From the NCBI RefSeq assembly GCF_036365525.1, contig NC_090383.1:53857378-53921377 (forward strand): a stretch of DNA of 64,000 bases, given 5' to 3'. The first letter of the stretch is position 1; each line of letters begins with the position of its first letter. Origin of the DNA: Heterodontus francisci. Taxonomy: Eukaryota. The translations under genes were made by a program, and so were the position numbers. The notes beneath the pieces were generated by a model. The model made no database searches and was not told where the DNA came from. It saw only the letters and a list, made by a program, of their open reading frames with translations. Positions 60,520 through 64,000 of the stretch are shown piece by piece.

Positions 60520-62525
60520 CGCCTTTATTCTTTCATGGAATGTGAGCCTTGCTGGCAAGGCCAACATTTGTTGCCCATCCCTAATTGCCCTTGAGAAGAT
60601 GGTGGTCTGTGTGGTGAAGGTACACCCACAGGCTATTGGTCTGGGAGTCCTATGATGCTGGCCCAGCGACAGTGAAGGAATATATTTCCAAGTCAGGAAG
60701 CTGCGTGGCTTGGCGGGGAACTCATCTCTTGATATTAGGTGGAGCGAATTGAATTGGCTGAACATCTGTGATGTTGGGGACCTCAGGAGAAGGCCAAGAT
60801 GGATCATCCACTTGGCACATGTGGCTAAAGATGGTTGCAAACACTTCAGCCTTGTCTTTTGCTGGGCTCCGCCAGCACTGAGGTTGGGGATGTTCATGGA
60901 GCCTCTTGTTAGTTGTTTTAATTGTCCACCGCCATTCTGACTGGATGTGGCAGGACTGCAGGGTTTTGGTCTAATCCATCGTTTAGCTCTGTCTTTAGCA
61001 AGATTCTTCTGCTGTTTAGCATGTATGTAGCTTCACCGGATTTGCATCTGTTTTAGGCACGCCTGCTGCTGGTCCTGATATGCTCTCCTACATTCCTCAT
61101 TGAATCCAGGTTAATCCCCTGGGTTGATGGTAAAGGTAGAGTGAGGAATATGCTGGACCATGAGTTTGCAGATTGTGGTTGAATACAATTCTGCTATTGC
61201 TGATGGCCCATAGGACCTCGTGGATGCCCAACTTTGAGCTTCTTGATCTGTTGTGAATCTATCCCATTTAGCACGTTGGTTGTGCCATACAACACAATGG
61301 AGGGAGTCCTCAGTGTGAAGATGGGACTTTGTCTCTTTAATGACTGTGCTATGGTCACTCCTACCAATACTTTTATGGACAGATGCTTCTGCAACAGGTA
61401 GATTGGTGAGGAGAAAGTCAATTTTCCCCCATGTTGGTTCTCTCACCACCTGCCACAGGCCCAGTCTGGCAGGTATGGCAAATTATTTTATTTTGGTAAA
61501 AGTGGACTAGAAACAGCTACTTGAAGGTAATCAGAGCAATGGGAGGTAGTTAAAGAGGAGATAGAGAGGGTCCAGAACAAATATGTTTCCATAAGGAAAG
61601 AAGGTGGAACTCCCAAATCTAGACTCCCCTGGATGTCAAAGAGCATATGGAGTAAGGGAAGTCAAAAAAGGGAAGATTGTCAAATACTGAGAGATCAATA
61701 CTTCAGAAAGCCTAAAGCAATATAGAAAGTGCAGTGGTGAAATTATAAAGGAAATTAGGAAAGCAGAGGAAAACATTACAAAATATTGGCAAGGAAAATC
61801 CAAAAATGTTTTATACATAAAGATCAAGAGGATAACTCAATTAAAAAGTACTTGGATATGCACTTGAAGTGCTGTAACCTACAAAGCTACAGACCAAGAG
61901 CTGGAAAGTGGGATTAGACTGGATAGCTCTTTTTGGTTGGTGCAGAAACAATGGACTGAATGGCCTCCTTCAGTGCCATAAATGTTCTATGTTTCCATAT
62001 GTACTTCAGGATTCAGCCAGTTCGGTCAGCAGTGATGTTACTAAGTCACTCTTGGTGATGAATATTGAAGTCCTTCACCCAGGGTACATTCTGTGCCCTT
62101 GCTACCCAAGTAGTATTCATCATGGAGGAGTACTGATTCATCAGCTGAGGGTCCAGAATCACTGTTGAGGGCTCCCAGGGCCACTCACTCCTGACTATAT
62201 AGCATTGTGCTGTCTGCCACCTCTGGTCGTTCTGTTCTGTCAATGGGACAAGACCTACCCTGGGATCATGATGGAGGAGTCTGGAACATTGGCTGTAAGG
62301 TATGATTCAGCGAGCATGATTATGTCAGGCTGTTGCTTGATGAGTCGTAAGGCAGCTCTCCCAATTTTGGCACATGTGCCGCGATGTTAGTGAGGAGGAC
62401 TTTGCAGGATTGACTGAGCAGGTTGTGCATTTTACAGAGGGTGGAAAATAATGGGCTGGCCAGGAATGCATTCAAATAGTCAAGTCTAAAGGTAACAAAG
62501 GTGTGGATGAGGGTTTCCACAGCAG
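60520..62525. mobile_element. Cluster of decayed LINE fragments (CR1 family 1 on -, CR1 on + at 61500-61990, L2 on - at 62440-62525)
   Basis: IGRSDH endonuclease piece, DFNIHH, TLIHTFVTFRLDYLNA. Confidence 0.65.
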
Positions 62526-62582
62526 GTCAGCAGTCTGATGATGGTGACATTTTTGTGATTGTATTTGTTTATTTGCTAACAG

Positions 62583-62768
62583 GTTGGACCAATTCAAGGA
62601 AAAATGTCGGAAGGCTGCAATCAAAAGTGATGACAGCTTTGATTTTGACATTCACATTATGTTTGATGATGCATTCAGGAATGTTACCGATAAAGAGGCA
62701 AGCACCAAGAAGAGGGTTCTTAATGAATATGTTGAGTCAATTATCAAAACAATAGATGAAACTTATAG
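62583..62768 (+). pseudogene. chs: CHS-B exon 6 homologue (open)
   Basis: LDQFKEK...FDFDIHIMFDDAF...VLNEYVESIIKTIDETY..|gtatgt. Confidence 0.88.
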
Positions 62769-64000
62769 GTATGTCTTTATTGATTATCCTTGAAATTCAC
62801 TCTTTCAAGTGTGTGTAAAAATTAATAAATTCTTCTCAAGATATTTTGGGTGCACAAATGTCAAGTTAACCTCAGTAGCTGCCCTTTCACCTGTGGGAAA
62901 GTTGTCAAAATATATAAATGCAGATAAATGGGCTGATTAAATGTTGCATATGAGTGCAGGGGGAATGTGGCATGCAGGCCTTACCAGTTAACTTCCTGTT
63001 CCCTCCCATCCCTCTTGCTTCCTCCACCTTCCCTCATTTCCATTGCATTCCCTATGTCTGGCTACTAGCTGTTCATTTCCACTGCTTCTCCTCCCTCTTT
63101 GAACTGTCCATGCTGAAGTACCCTCCCCATGTCCTCCCTCACCCCTCACTGCACTGTTGTAAATAGGTCAAGGTGAATATTGTTAGTTTTCTGACAAAAA
63201 CCATGATCAGACACCAACCAGAAACAATACAAAACTGTCTGAGGGCACGTGAGAGATGGAGAGCAAATAAAAGCTGGAATGGGACCTGTCAGTAAGCGAT
63301 TGGTCCGAGACTGAAGTGTAGGTGGGCCCTGGCCCCAGCTGGTTAGTAGAAATAAAGCAAATCAAGAGTGAGGTGTGCACGGAGTATTAAGCCCACGATC
63401 AAATGCAGAGCCCTGTGAGACCATGCAGACAGAGGAAGCAACCAGGAAAGGAAGATTTATGAGAGCAGCAGCAGGTGAGTAAATTTCAGCATAAATTAAA
63501 GTAAATTGAAATAAAACTTACCTTGCAGCAGCAGAATATCTAACCTCATTTATCTTTGAAAATTCACTTGAAGAGAACCAAGGTTTTTTTTCAGGCTGCT
63601 GACAACGCAACCACTAGGTGACGCAGTGCTAGCACATGTGCAAATGCAGCCTTTTCCACTGAAACTTCACCGTCTGTAACATTTCAGGCAGCTGCCAGGA
63701 TTAAAGATCAATTTATCAGAAAAAACTAATTCTACCCTAAAATCCCCTCAATGGCTGCCATCACCGCCTCCATCCCACCCTCAACAGTCCCTCACTCCTT
63801 CCCGCAATCGCGCCTCTCTTTGCCACTTCCTCCTGCTCCTGTATTCTCAGCACTGGCTCCCTGCTGCCTTCCCTTAGCCACCCGCACCGGCCTCACCGCT
63901 CCCCACCGCATCCGACTGCTCGCTTTGCTCCCCCCCCCACCCTGTCAGCTGCTTGCTCCAGATCCCGCCACCACCCCATCCCCCCCACCACTCCGGCCGA

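Larger units (their letters stand above)
46554..62768 (+). pseudogene. chs: Chitin synthase paralogue CHS-B, probably disrupted (5 exon homologues in window; continues beyond right edge)
   Basis: Exon homologues at about 46554-46685, 52794-52976, 55475-about 56505, 60151-60240 and 62583-62768 have the same phases as CHS-A. Exon 4 is split over several frames, and the exon-2 acceptor and exon-4 donor are non-canonical. Confidence 0.8.

Overview
Repeat-rich vertebrate genomic DNA, very probably from a cartilaginous fish (shark/ray). The basis is HE1-like V-SINEs, a SacSINE1-like Deu-SINE and abundant CR1 LINEs. The window holds two chitin synthase (GT2 family) paralogues arranged head-to-head about 5.8 kb apart. 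The minus-strand copy (CHS-A) has 12 phase-consistent GT-AG exons from an ATG at 40782 down to 6730 (about 920 codons). All catalytic motifs are intact, and the gene runs off the left edge. The plus-strand copy (CHS-B, exons from about 46554 to 62768, running off the right edge) has the same exon phases but carries frameshifts and apparently damaged splice sites. Introns and the spacer are filled with CR1/L2 LINEs, PIF/Harbinger elements and MITEs with 3-bp TSDs, Penelope-like elements carrying minimal hammerhead ribozyme motifs, solo LTRs, SINEs and a decayed viral envelope-like glycoprotein remnant. All translations and alignments were done by eye; no database search was run.
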